In this document: in pieces, positions 37,006 to 46,090 of the stretch
Layout: every line of letters starts with the position of its first letter
Numbering within the stretch: the stretch's first letter is position 1
From: Candidatus Omnitrophota bacterium
Lineage (GTDB): Bacteria; Omnitrophota; Gorgyraeia; Zapsychrales; Fredricksoniimonadaceae
Reading direction: 5' to 3'
NCBI GenBank assembly: GCA_903908245.1
Contig: CAIVRE010000002.1
Span: forward strand, 26,761 to 90,760
Length of the DNA: 64,000 bases
Made by a program: the position numbers and the translations under genes
The notes under the pieces: model-generated
The model's database searches: none
Told to the model about the DNA's origin: nothing
What the model saw: the letters and a program-made list of their open reading frames with translations, nothing else

Positions 37006-38514
37006 CTATTTCTTCTCTCCGAAAACGTCCGCGGTAAACACCTCGATCCGGGTCCCGGGCTGCTTCCAACAATCCAGCGCAAGGCCGGCCTTCTGCGCAC
37101 AAAGCTCGGACAAGAACCGCTCTTTGGTCCAACCCGTCTCCGTCGCGACCTGCGGCAGGAAAACACCGCGATTAAAATACCCGCGCGAAACGATAACCCC
37201 GTGCTTCCCCAGCTGGATCTCGTCGACACTCCCGATCACCCTCGGTTGGGACAAAACCGAGATCTCGATATCAATATCCTTGAGCTCCCCGGCGCTGACA
37301 GGCGGGAACCGGGGGTCCTGCGAAGCCGCGGCCACACCCATATCGCGCACCGTCCGGTACAGCGGCCCCTGGCCGATAATATTGCCGATACACCCGCGCA
37401 ACTGCCCGTGCGCATGCAGCGTCACGAACGCACCTTCTTCCGCGTTCAAACGGGGGTCTTTCTCCTCAACCTCTGCCGCCTTGCCATCACGCACAAAAGA
37501 CTCGACTGTCCCACGGGCGATCGCAAGCAAACGCGCCCGCTGAGCCTCGTTCAACACACTGCCCGCAATTCCTGCCTCCGCCACGGCAGATGCCGTATCT
37601 TTATAAAAAATGACCGACGCATACCCTACCACCCGGTCTTTATCCCCGGTAGTGTCCGCCGATGTCGCGTATTTCAAAACTTTTGCTTTCCCGAACCCCT
37701 GTGCCTTCGCATACAACATGGCCGCCGTGACCACATGAAAACCGTCAACCTCCATCGACCCGTCCCGATGGCCCTGCCACAGGGCTTCCACATCCATCGA
37801 CTCGATCGCCTTCAAGCCCCGGCCATCGATCTCATGCGCCTGCGCCTCGGTATGAAAATGAGACTGATCCACGCTCACGTCAACAAGGACATCATCACGC
37901 TTACCGACCGCCAGGGCCAAGGCATCCGCCATTGAACGCAACACATCCGCATCCGGCGGATAGCCCAGGATGACCGGGACGATCCTGGCCCCGGGGAAAG
38001 CGCGCTGGACCATCGGCAGCTGTGTTTCCACCGAATTCTCCGGCTGGCCCGGAGCGCCCTCAAAGACATCCTTACGAAAAGTAAATCGCTTGTCAAAAGA
38101 CAGTATCCTGGCCGCAAGATCCGTATCAACCTCGATCCTCCCGAGCGGCGTTTCAAAAGCCCCTTGCGCCCAGACAGAAGCACCGGAAAATGAAAAATGA
38201 TGGCTCGGGGCAAGAATAATGACCGTCGACACCTTCCGGGCAGATGCGGCCTTGAAGCCGTAGGCCGCCACAGGCGCCGAGAAAACATACCCCGCATGAG
38301 GAGAAATAAGAACGCCGATGCTTTTGCCTGCCGGCTCCTGGGCCAACGCCCCGGACGCTGTGGCAAGAAAACCATCGACCATCCGGGAAAGCTCGGCGGG
38401 TTGCCCCGGATACCAGCTTCCCGCCAATCCGGCAGTCTTGATATTATTATCGGCAAAGGAAGGCCTGCTCATGATGCACAACCCCAAAAAGGCCAGCAAG
38501 AGTTTAACCCGCAT
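37006..38514 (-). CDS. secreted MEMO1-like / AMMECR1 fusion protein
   Basis: Sec signal peptide MRVKLLLAFLGLCIMSRPSFA. Memo motifs: AGSWYP, SPHAGY and APSHH. The C-terminal AMMECR1 domain carries LRGCIG. Confidence 0.75.
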   Translation of the reverse strand: MRVKLLLAFLGLCIMSRPSFADNNIKTAGLAGSWYPGQPAELSRMVDGFLATASGALAQEPAGKSIGVLISPHAGYVFSAPVAAYGFKAASARKVSTVIILAPSHHFSFSGASVWAQGAFETPLGRIEVDTDLAARILSFDKRFTFRKDVFEGAPGQPENSVETQLPMVQRAFPGARIVPVILGYPPDADVLRSMADALALAVGKRDDVLVDVSVDQSHFHTEAQAHEIDGRGLKAIESMDVEALWQGHRDGSMEVDGFHVVTAAMLYAKAQGFGKAKVLKYATSADTTGDKDRVVGYASVIFYKDTASAVAEAGIAGSVLNEAQRARLLAIARGTVESFVRDGKAAEVEEKDPRLNAEEGAFVTLHAHGQLRGCIGNIIGQGPLYRTVRDMGVAAASQDPRFPPVSAGELKDIDIEISVLSQPRVIGSVDEIQLGKHGVIVSRGYFNRGVFLPQVATETGWTKERFLSELCAQKAGLALDCWKQPGTRIEVFTADVFGEKK

Positions 38515-38551
38515 AATACATCACCCTATCAACGCTTCAAGGCCATCAGCC

Positions 38552-38998
38552 TCAGGAACCGGCCCGGGCATAAAGCCCGTCGATCGAGAACAGGGATGTC
38601 CTCTTGATATTGGCCAGGCATAACAATGTCAATACAATGACCGAAAGATCGACCAGGAGGACCCCGCGCAACGGGATATGGATAAGCTCACCAAAACACC
38701 CGCAGCTGTCTAACGGAAGTTGGCGAACGATCGCCTGGCTAACGATCCCGGCCAGGGATACCGACATTAAGAACAACACAACGAACGCCTGCCTGAGCCA
38801 GAGCCCCAGCAGGATGAACACCCCCACCAGTAATTCGACCCACGGGAACACCAGCGCGACCGCCGGCTCAAAACCTGTAGGGATCACCTTATACCCGTCG
38901 ATCACATACAGAAAATTCTCCATCGGGCTCAGGACTTTCTCCCCGCCGGAGATAATAAAGAGAACGCCTAAAATGATCCGGATCATAACAAACATATC
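38552..38998 (-). CDS. MauE/DoxX-family membrane protein
   Basis: Four transmembrane helices with a CGCFG motif. The start was taken at MFVMIRIILGV and overlaps the dsbA stop. Confidence 0.6.
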   Translation of the reverse strand, partial: DMFVMIRIILGVLFIISGGEKVLSPMENFLYVIDGYKVIPTGFEPAVALVFPWVELLVGVFILLGLWLRQAFVVLFLMSVSLAGIVSQAIVRQLPLDSCGCFGELIHIPLRGVLLVDLSVIVLTLLCLANIKRTSLFSIDGLYARAGS

Positions 38999-39626
38999 AC
39001 TTCCCCGCCGGTCCAAGGATCTTTTCAACCTCTTGCGCCATAAATGTCCCCCCGACAACACGCTTGCCGTTGACAAAGAAAGTCGGAGTCGAATTCACAT
39101 CCAGGGTTTTCCCTTCCTCCAGGTCTTTCTTGACCCTGCGCTCCGCATCAACGCTGTTGACGCACGCGGTCAGGCGCACACCATCAAGCCCGAGCGAAAC
39201 CGCCAATTCCGTAAAATACGCATCGACCGAAAACATCTCCGCCCAGCTTTTCTGGCTCTTGAAAAGCGCATCTTCCAACGGCCAGAATTTCCCCTGGTCA
39301 GCAGCGCATTCGGCAAAAATAGATGCCCGTGTTGCATGAGCATGCCGGGGCAGCGGAAAATGCTTGTGTTCCAGACATATCCTGCCTTCATAGCGGATGA
39401 ACAGGTCCTTGAGAAGTCCGTTCGCAGCGGCACAAGCGGGGCATTCAAAATCCGTGTATTCCACGATCTTGACCGGAGCGGATGGCTCCCCCCTGATCCG
39501 GCCCTGCTGATGGATGTCGATCTTCACATGCCCGGGGGCCTTGACAATACAGAACTTGTACACGCTCAAAGCGCCGATCACCAATAACACCAGAAGACCG
39601 GACAACACCTGTCGGGATATGATCAT
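38997..39626 (-). CDS. DsbA-family thiol:disulfide oxidoreductase, membrane-anchored
   Basis: N-terminal transmembrane anchor and a CPAC thioredoxin active site. Confidence 0.8.
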   Translation of the reverse strand: MIISRQVLSGLLVLLVIGALSVYKFCIVKAPGHVKIDIHQQGRIRGEPSAPVKIVEYTDFECPACAAANGLLKDLFIRYEGRICLEHKHFPLPRHAHATRASIFAECAADQGKFWPLEDALFKSQKSWAEMFSVDAYFTELAVSLGLDGVRLTACVNSVDAERRVKKDLEEGKTLDVNSTPTFFVNGKRVVGGTFMAQEVEKILGPAGK

Positions 39627-39663
39627 AAACCAGCTCCGGAAAAAATTACATGAAGATCAACGA

Positions 39664-40020
39664 TCAGATATATTTCCTGATCTTATCAAGAAGCTCCTGA
39701 TGCGGGAAAGGCTTGATAACATACTCCTGCACCCCCTCGGCCATAAAAATATCGACCAGCTCGGGTTTACAGGTAAGGACAATGATCGGTGTTTTTACGA
39801 CCCCTTCGATCTTGCGCATCGCAAAAAGAAAGGCGTATCCGTTAACCTTGGGCATCACCACATCGAGGATGATCAGGTCGGGATGCTCGACCTCGAGCTT
39901 CTGCAAAGCCTCATCGCCGTCATTAGCCACAACAACATCAAACCCGTGTTCCCCGAGATAACTGCCGAGCAAACGGGTCAAAGTCGGATCATCATCCGCG
40001 ATCAAAACCTTCTTGCCCAT
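39664..40020 (-). CDS. single-domain response regulator (CheY-like receiver)
   Basis: Contains DDD, a phospho-acceptor D in LDVVMP, a T in VLT and a K in IKPF. Confidence 0.8.
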   Translation of the reverse strand: MGKKVLIADDDPTLTRLLGSYLGEHGFDVVVANDGDEALQKLEVEHPDLIILDVVMPKVNGYAFLFAMRKIEGVVKTPIIVLTCKPELVDIFMAEGVQEYVIKPFPHQELLDKIRKYI

Positions 40021-40620
40021 TTAATACCTCTTTAAATGCCCCATCGTCAACTCGAGGACCATGCGCTTTTCATCACGGATGAAAACGGCCATCTCGTGCT
40101 TGAATCCTTCCTCGGAATGGAACTCGACCCCGTTCAGCGGAGAATTCACGAACGTGGTGAAATGTCCCATCTCAAGATGGCTATAACCGTGCCCGGAAAG
40201 CTCTTTCACAAAATATCCCGCGATCAGGTTTGTTACGGTCCCGCAGGCGTCCAGGGTCTCTTCCTCATCATCCTCGTCAATACGGCCATAATCCAGCAGC
40301 CACATCAAGCGCGCGATAAAATCTTCCGGGATATAAACGATAAGAGCCCCGATAGCCTTTTCATGGCCCATATGCTCTTTATCAATATAAAAATTCAACA
40401 CCGCGATCAGCGTGCGGCCGTTGAACTTCTCCAGCCCGTCGATACGCATCCGGTGGGCGAACTGGACGATCTCTTTCTCGCAAACATCAGGGTCTTTGGA
40501 AAGATGGATATCGCCCTTCTGGATGAGCATCTTCTTGACAGAAGACACAAGAATGGACGAAAGGGAAAAAAGCTCCTGATTGCTGCCGTCAAAATAAAGC
40601 GTAGGCTTAAAGTTGGACAT
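40021..40620 (-). CDS. CheX/CheC-like protein (putative CheY-P phosphatase)
   Basis: GTVTNLIAGYF resembles the CheX E-x2-N-x-TAG block. It sits between two receiver genes. This is a weak call. Confidence 0.35.
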   Translation of the reverse strand: MSNFKPTLYFDGSNQELFSLSSILVSSVKKMLIQKGDIHLSKDPDVCEKEIVQFAHRMRIDGLEKFNGRTLIAVLNFYIDKEHMGHEKAIGALIVYIPEDFIARLMWLLDYGRIDEDDEEETLDACGTVTNLIAGYFVKELSGHGYSHLEMGHFTTFVNSPLNGVEFHSEEGFKHEMAVFIRDEKRMVLELTMGHLKRY

Positions 40621-40993
40621 ACGGCTTGATGACCGCCAGGACTTCATCAGGTTTATACGGTTTGATCACATATCCGACGAGTTTCGGATTGACCGCATAA
40701 GCCGCTTTCTTGCTCTCTTCCGCGGCTGACGCCGTAACCATCACAATGGGGATCTGGGACGTTGCCGGCACTTTTACCAGACCTTCCATCAATTCGAGCC
40801 CCGACATGTTCGGCATCTGATAATCACAGAACATAAGGCAGATCTCGCCAAGATGCTCGGCAATAACACCCAGAGCGGTCTCACCGTTATCCGCCTGAAG
40901 GATCTCGTTCTTGACGCCCGAATTCAGCAAAGTCTTCGACAAGAGCTTGCGGTCGAGCAAAGAATCATCAACGATCAGGATCTTCATGCCCAC
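40607..40993 (-). CDS. single-domain response regulator (CheY-like receiver)
   Basis: VDDS, CDYQMPNMSG, VTA and VIKPY positions are consistent with a receiver fold. Confidence 0.8.
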   Translation of the reverse strand: MGMKILIVDDSLLDRKLLSKTLLNSGVKNEILQADNGETALGVIAEHLGEICLMFCDYQMPNMSGLELMEGLVKVPATSQIPIVMVTASAAEESKKAAYAVNPKLVGYVIKPYKPDEVLAVIKPYVQL

Positions 40994-40998
40994 AGGAT

Positions 40999-41220
40999 TT
41001 ATTTATCCTTCTTTTCTTCCATCGCATCGCCCGCCAAGGCACCGCCCGCCGCGCCAACCGCGCCGCCGATCAAAGCGCCTTCGCCCATATGCCCGCTCTG
41101 ATAACCGATGATCGCGCCAAGACCGGCGCCCGCCAAACCTCCCACCGTAGCCCCCTTCTGGGTGCCCGTGCAACCGGTCAACAGAAGAGAAACCAGGAGA
41201 ACCAAGCCTAATCTTTTCAT
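40999..41220 (-). CDS. glycine-zipper lipoprotein (OsmB/YMGG-like)
   Basis: Lipobox LLLTGC, then a GxxxG-rich segment LGAIIGYQSGHMGEGALIGGAVGAAGGALAG. Confidence 0.7.
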   Translation of the reverse strand: MKRLGLVLLVSLLLTGCTGTQKGATVGGLAGAGLGAIIGYQSGHMGEGALIGGAVGAAGGALAGDAMEEKKDK

Positions 41221-41306
41221 AACCTCTCACTTTCGTTATATTTTAAGTCTTAACTTGATGTTAATTATAACCATCCAGGTCCTACGAGAAAAGGGTTTTC
41301 TGTAAA

Positions 41307-42581
41307 TTAACGGCGGCTGCGGGTGACCAGAAAATATGTCTGGCCGGCTGAACAGTCGATCTCGCCCAGGTCCTCCGCCCCGTTCACTGTCATATCCTCC
41401 GACAAATGCTCAAAACGCAAATGGTACTTGCCCGGATCAAGGCTCAGGCGCGCGACCCGTATTTCAGCCGGGAGAGCCTGCCAGCTGCGCAGATCCGCCC
41501 GCTCCGAATATATATTATATAAACTGCTCATCAGCCCGAAAAGCCCGGCCGCGGGCGACCCGAACTTCTTCTGGATATTCTCCTGCTGTTTGCGTTCCAC
41601 CAGATACTTGAGCGCCGGCCGGATGACAGCTTTGGCAAGAGCAGCCGCCTTGCGGGACTCCAGGTCTTTCATCGCCAGATCATCAATGCTCACCCCCAGC
41701 TCGGTGACTGCCTGCACTTTTACCCCGCCGGGCCCCTCCGCTGTCAGCAAACCGTTGCGCGTCGCGGAATACCGCCTGACGAACCTCGGGAAAGCCACCT
41801 GCGCTACCAACCCCCGTTCAAGAGGGACAGGGATGATCTGGGATTCCTTTACCGGAGAAAACCCGGCGGACTGCAGCACATAGACCACCGCTTTCGCATC
41901 AGCGCCGCCCCATCCATTGAGCGCCTTCAAACGGTCTTTAAGGACCTGGGGCTCATACATCCCGCCGTAATATTGCGAATACATCTCTTCGGCCTGCCGA
42001 TAAAAGATCCGGGCGTTATCACGGTCATCCGCCCTGGCCGAAGCCTCGTTCACAAACCCCATGAACATCCGGGCGAACCCGTTATCCTCAAAACGCCGGC
42101 GTTTGGCCGCCAGCGCCTGCCGTTCAACCACCTGGTATTTGGAATCCAGGTCACGCGCCTCCACCAGAGCCTCGTTCACATTGCCTGACGACAAATAATT
42201 CAGGGACTGGAACACATTGACCAGGACATATTCATAATCAGCCCCGCGATACGGCAGGGCATAATCATTCCCCATCCAGCTGACCGCTTCCTTGGAGAGT
42301 GACTGTGTATACAACTCCTCGAAACGGCGCTTGGCCTTGTCAAAACTTTGGATACTTTGCGGGTAAAGCCCGGCGTAATGCTCCACCAGGCCGCGGTCGA
42401 GATAATAGAGCAGGTAATTGCCCTGGCCATAGTCGGACGCTTCGGCCTCTATCTTCTCGGCGGCGCCCTTGATGTCCCCGGCCATTACACGGCGGTTGAT
42501 CTCGGGCTGAAGCGCCGGCCCGTTAAAGGCCGCGCAGGAAGAAACGAACAGCAGCAAAGGAAAGAAGAAACAACGGTTCAA
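41307..42581 (-). CDS. lipoprotein, function unknown
   Basis: Lipobox LFVSSC and 424 aa. It overlaps the downstream LpoB-like gene. Confidence 0.5.
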   Translation of the reverse strand: MNRCFFFPLLLFVSSCAAFNGPALQPEINRRVMAGDIKGAAEKIEAEASDYGQGNYLLYYLDRGLVEHYAGLYPQSIQSFDKAKRRFEELYTQSLSKEAVSWMGNDYALPYRGADYEYVLVNVFQSLNYLSSGNVNEALVEARDLDSKYQVVERQALAAKRRRFEDNGFARMFMGFVNEASARADDRDNARIFYRQAEEMYSQYYGGMYEPQVLKDRLKALNGWGGADAKAVVYVLQSAGFSPVKESQIIPVPLERGLVAQVAFPRFVRRYSATRNGLLTAEGPGGVKVQAVTELGVSIDDLAMKDLESRKAAALAKAVIRPALKYLVERKQQENIQKKFGSPAAGLFGLMSSLYNIYSERADLRSWQALPAEIRVARLSLDPGKYHLRFEHLSEDMTVNGAEDLGEIDCSAGQTYFLVTRSRR

Positions 42582-43174
42582 ATGGAATATTGCGGACGCT
42601 TGACCAGCTTCTTGATCTTCTTCTGGCCGATCCAGACTTTTTCATTGGTGGTCATATTGACCAGCTCCAGGTTGACCTGGAACAGGATCGCGTACTCGCC
42701 CTTAATCTCGTCTTTAACGGAATTGATCGACCCCTGAAGCATAAAATCCGCGCCCTTTTCCTGCACCATGGCCGCACGGGTCTCGGGTGCGGCATTCTGC
42801 AGCTGATCGACACGTTCGGCGCGCACTTCCCCGCGCTCCGAAGAAGCCGCCACGAACTTTACTTTACCGGCATTGACCAGCGCCTGCTCGAGGTCCTGGA
42901 CAAAAACCATCGCGTCAATATGCTCGTTGCTACGGTTGCTTACAGTCCCGACAATGACAACCGGATCACGCCCTTTTTCCTTGTTGAAATTGGAAAGCCA
43001 GGCGGTCTCCAGGCAGCCCTTGACCATTTCTTCCGCGGTCATACGCGCATCCGTATCATTCCACCGGCCCGAAAGATCGACCACCTCTTTTGGCTCCTTG
43101 CGGATGACCTCCGTCGCACAACCCGATAAGGCCAATCCCGCCAGGACCAGCGCCACCCAATATGCTTTTCTCAT
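42578..43174 (-). CDS. LpoB-like lipoprotein
   Basis: Lipobox LALSGC. The segment VVIVGTVSNRSNEHIDAMVFVQDLEQALVNAGKVKFV resembles the E. coli LpoB core (LLVDSVNNRTNGSLN...NNGKFTLV). Confidence 0.5.
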   Translation of the reverse strand: MRKAYWVALVLAGLALSGCATEVIRKEPKEVVDLSGRWNDTDARMTAEEMVKGCLETAWLSNFNKEKGRDPVVIVGTVSNRSNEHIDAMVFVQDLEQALVNAGKVKFVAASSERGEVRAERVDQLQNAAPETRAAMVQEKGADFMLQGSINSVKDEIKGEYAILFQVNLELVNMTTNEKVWIGQKKIKKLVKRPQYSI

Positions 43175-43178
43175 AAGA

Positions 43179-43655
43179 TCACTCCGTTACGATGATCCCG
43201 CTCTTGAAATCGGCGGTGATCGTTTCCAGCGCAGCCCTGGCCTCGTCTTCCGTGACATAAGACCCGGCACGCACCCGATACCATACCCCGCGCGCACCAA
43301 GGTCGCTGACCATGATATAAGCCTTATATCCTTTGGCCTTCAGTTTTTCCAGTGCCGATTCGGCGCGGGCCTTGTCTTTGAACGAATAGACCTGGACAGC
43401 AAAAGATTCTTTGGAGGAAAGGACCTGGGGCGCCATAACGACCGACGACGAAGGCTTAACGGCAGCAACCGCTGCCTGGTCGGCTTCGGTATGAGCAGGC
43501 TTGATCCCGGAAGGCTGCGCCTTTTCAGCCAACACATCCTGCACTGACGCCTTGACCGGCGACTTGTCTTTCGAAAAAGACATCACGCCGAACACCGCCG
43601 CCACCACCACCAAAAGAACGATGAGCCAAATTTCACTTCCTTTTCCACCAGCCAT
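43179..43655 (-). CDS. SPOR-domain protein
   Basis: Transmembrane anchor plus a C-terminal SPOR domain (FAVQVYSFKDKARAESALEKLKAKGYKAYI). The start was preferred at MAGGKG, which has GGAGG upstream; the longer ORF begins at 43667. Confidence 0.7.
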   Translation of the reverse strand: MAGGKGSEIWLIVLLVVVAAVFGVMSFSKDKSPVKASVQDVLAEKAQPSGIKPAHTEADQAAVAAVKPSSSVVMAPQVLSSKESFAVQVYSFKDKARAESALEKLKAKGYKAYIMVSDLGARGVWYRVRAGSYVTEDEARAALETITADFKSGIIVTE

Positions 43656-43674
43656 ATAAGCCTCCATAATTAGG

Positions 43675-43736
43675 GGGACACAATACTTAATTCATTAATT
43701 TATTTGATTATATAATGAATTAAGTATTGTGTCCCC
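43675..43736. repeat. AT-rich perfect inverted repeat, family A/B copy 2
   Basis: GGGGACACAATACTTAATTCATTA and TAATGAATTAAGTATTGTGTCCCC are perfect complements. The unit sits between the exonuclease stop and the SPOR gene ribosome-binding site. Confidence 0.8.
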
Positions 43737-43747
43737 ATATTTCTATT

Positions 43748-44566
43748 TCAATGTTTTTCAACAATAGATACAACCGACGGCTCGAATTTCGGGAACTGGC
43801 CTTTAAGCACAGCCTGGACCAGCCCCTTGGCCTCTTCGCTGAAATCCTTGCCCAGCATCCACTCCAGATAACCCGGGTCTTTTCTCGCGATCTCGCGCAG
43901 GCTCTCCTTGCGCGCGTATTTGCCGAACATCATATACAGCTCGCCGTTCCACCAGCGGAATTTCCTCTCGCTGTCATAAAAATCACTGCGCTCCGGATAA
44001 ACGAACTTCGCAAGGACTGAAACGCTGTCACTGCCTTCGCCATAACTCCTAACCTGCGCCTCCAAGACCTCAAGCGTCGCCGCAGTATCCGCCAGGGCGG
44101 AATGCGCGCCCTCCAGCGGCTTGCCGCAATAAAAAGAATACGCGGCGGTCAGGTCCCTTTTATTATTAAGGTGAAAAACTTTCTGCGCGTCATACACGAT
44201 CCGGTCTGTCATCGTAAAAGTCACGCCGGCATCAACAAATTCACGCTCGAGCAAAGGCACGTCGAACTTGTCCACATTAAATCCGCCGATATCCGCATCC
44301 CCGATAAAGGCCTGGACCTCTTTTGCGATCGTCTTGAACACCGGAGCGTCTTGCACCATTTCATCCGTAATACCGGTCAACTCCTGCACGACTTTAGGAA
44401 TAGGCATCAGAGGGTTGACCCGCTTGTGATAGGTCTCTTTCCCCCCCGACGGGAGGACCTTGATCATGGCGATCTCGATAATGCGGTCTTTCTCGATCCA
44501 GATCCCCGTCGTCTCAAGGTCAAGGATGACCAGCGGCTTGACAACATTCATAAGGAACCCTTTCAA
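43748..44566 (-). CDS. DEDDh 3'-5' exonuclease (DnaQ-like) with C-terminal extension
   Basis: LVILDLETTG (Exo I), Exo II/III blocks including HSALADTAATLEV, and about 90 aa of C-terminal extension. Confidence 0.75.
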   Translation of the reverse strand: MKGFLMNVVKPLVILDLETTGIWIEKDRIIEIAMIKVLPSGGKETYHKRVNPLMPIPKVVQELTGITDEMVQDAPVFKTIAKEVQAFIGDADIGGFNVDKFDVPLLEREFVDAGVTFTMTDRIVYDAQKVFHLNNKRDLTAAYSFYCGKPLEGAHSALADTAATLEVLEAQVRSYGEGSDSVSVLAKFVYPERSDFYDSERKFRWWNGELYMMFGKYARKESLREIARKDPGYLEWMLGKDFSEEAKGLVQAVLKGQFPKFEPSVVSIVEKH

Positions 44567-45220
44567 TTAATCCAGCTGGGATTCGAGTTCCCGGAAAAGT
44601 TCATCGGTCTTCTTCATGACATCCGCCTTGACCATCTTGAGCGTTTCCGCGTCTTTCTTGAAAGAACGGATCGCGTTGAGGAACCGGCGCAAAGAAGCGA
44701 TATTGCGCAACTCACGCTCTTCAGCCGGGTCAACCTGCTTGCGCTCCTTGATCATCGAGGTCAGGTCCTTGCGCACCAGAGCCGCGTTGCACCCCTTGTC
44801 GAAGACCTGCTTGCGCAATTCCGACAGGTCCTGCTTGGTAAGCTCCTTGCGGTTCCTGGCCAAACGAAGGACATTGATCGCGTCGAGCTCCGGCAGGGCG
44901 GAAGGCTCGTGCGCCTCCATATATTCGCTCTTGAGGTACGCAGGCTCCTGCTGTTCAACGAACTGATAGGTCTTGACCAGTTTGAGCGCCATCGGCTTCT
45001 TGATGCCCAGTTCGCGCTCGGCGTACTGCTCGAACTTCTCATAGCCCCAGTATTCATAAAGCTTGTCCTGCCAGATCGAATGCAAGACCTGCGCCAAAGC
45101 GACCCAGGACGCCTTGAAATCCTTTGTCCCCCCGGCGGCACGGACACGAAGTTCCTTGCTCGTGGGATTATCCATCTTCTTGAGTTTACTGATCCGTTCT
45201 TCCTGGTCGATAACAGACAT
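44567..45220 (-). CDS. hypothetical protein
   Basis: 217 aa, charged and helical, with no recognisable motif. It abuts the exonuclease gene. Confidence 0.4.
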   Translation of the reverse strand: MSVIDQEERISKLKKMDNPTSKELRVRAAGGTKDFKASWVALAQVLHSIWQDKLYEYWGYEKFEQYAERELGIKKPMALKLVKTYQFVEQQEPAYLKSEYMEAHEPSALPELDAINVLRLARNRKELTKQDLSELRKQVFDKGCNAALVRKDLTSMIKERKQVDPAEERELRNIASLRRFLNAIRSFKKDAETLKMVKADVMKKTDELFRELESQLD

Positions 45221-45221
45221 A

Positions 45222-46082
45222 TTACATTTTCTCCATCTTTATCTTCTTGAATTCCGCCAGTACTTTGGCCCTGGTGATCCCTCCGGGAATATCTGCGCCG
45301 ACATTCGCCGTTCCCGCCGCCGCCGCCGATCGCAAGGCATCCTGGAACGACGCTCCGCGCATATGCCCGGCCAGGAACCCCGCCAAAGACGCGTCCCCGC
45401 AGCCAACCGTCACCCCTGCGCAACGCGGTCCACGCGCCAGGAACATATTCTGCCCGTCAAAACCCGCCAGACCGTCTTCATCGAGTGATAACAGGACTCT
45501 TGTCATACCATATCCCGCCAGCATTTGCAAAGCCTTCCTGACAGCACGGGTTGACCTGATCTTGAAACCGAAAAAGTCTTGCGCCTCTTCACGATTAGGC
45601 TTAACACACCACGGCCCGGCCTTAACACCTTTTGCCAAAGGGATCCCGCTCGAATCAAGCACCGTCAGTATTCCCTTACAGCGCGCCGCCCTGATCAGGC
45701 GGGCATAAATATCGTCCGGAGCGCCCGGAGGGATACTGCCGCACAGCGCCAGCACACGGGCGCCGTCCAAATGCCGCACGATAAAACCTTCAACCTTTTT
45801 CCAGTCCCCGGCCGATAAATACGGCCCCGGCTCGATAAAACGGGTACAGCTCCCGGCAAGATCAACAACGGTCGTGTTCACCCGGACCTTAACCGCCGGG
45901 ACCGTATCCTTCAGCGTCAACGAAAGCGCCTTCACGCCCAGGGCTGTCAACGCCCTTGCCAGGTTCACGCCTTTGCCGCCATCAGCCGAACGCACCCCGC
46001 GGGCACGCATCTCTGCCCCAGGGATCAATTGATCCACAAGGATCGTCCGGTCAATGGAAGGATTTAAGGTAATGATCAACAT
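45222..46082 (-). CDS. PfkB-family carbohydrate kinase
   Basis: Ribokinase-like fold with GGKGVN near the N-terminus and a C-terminal GAGD-like motif (GCGDASLAG). Confidence 0.75.
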   Translation of the reverse strand: MLIITLNPSIDRTILVDQLIPGAEMRARGVRSADGGKGVNLARALTALGVKALSLTLKDTVPAVKVRVNTTVVDLAGSCTRFIEPGPYLSAGDWKKVEGFIVRHLDGARVLALCGSIPPGAPDDIYARLIRAARCKGILTVLDSSGIPLAKGVKAGPWCVKPNREEAQDFFGFKIRSTRAVRKALQMLAGYGMTRVLLSLDEDGLAGFDGQNMFLARGPRCAGVTVGCGDASLAGFLAGHMRGASFQDALRSAAAAGTANVGADIPGGITRAKVLAEFKKIKMEKM

Positions 46083-46090
46083 AAATGATA

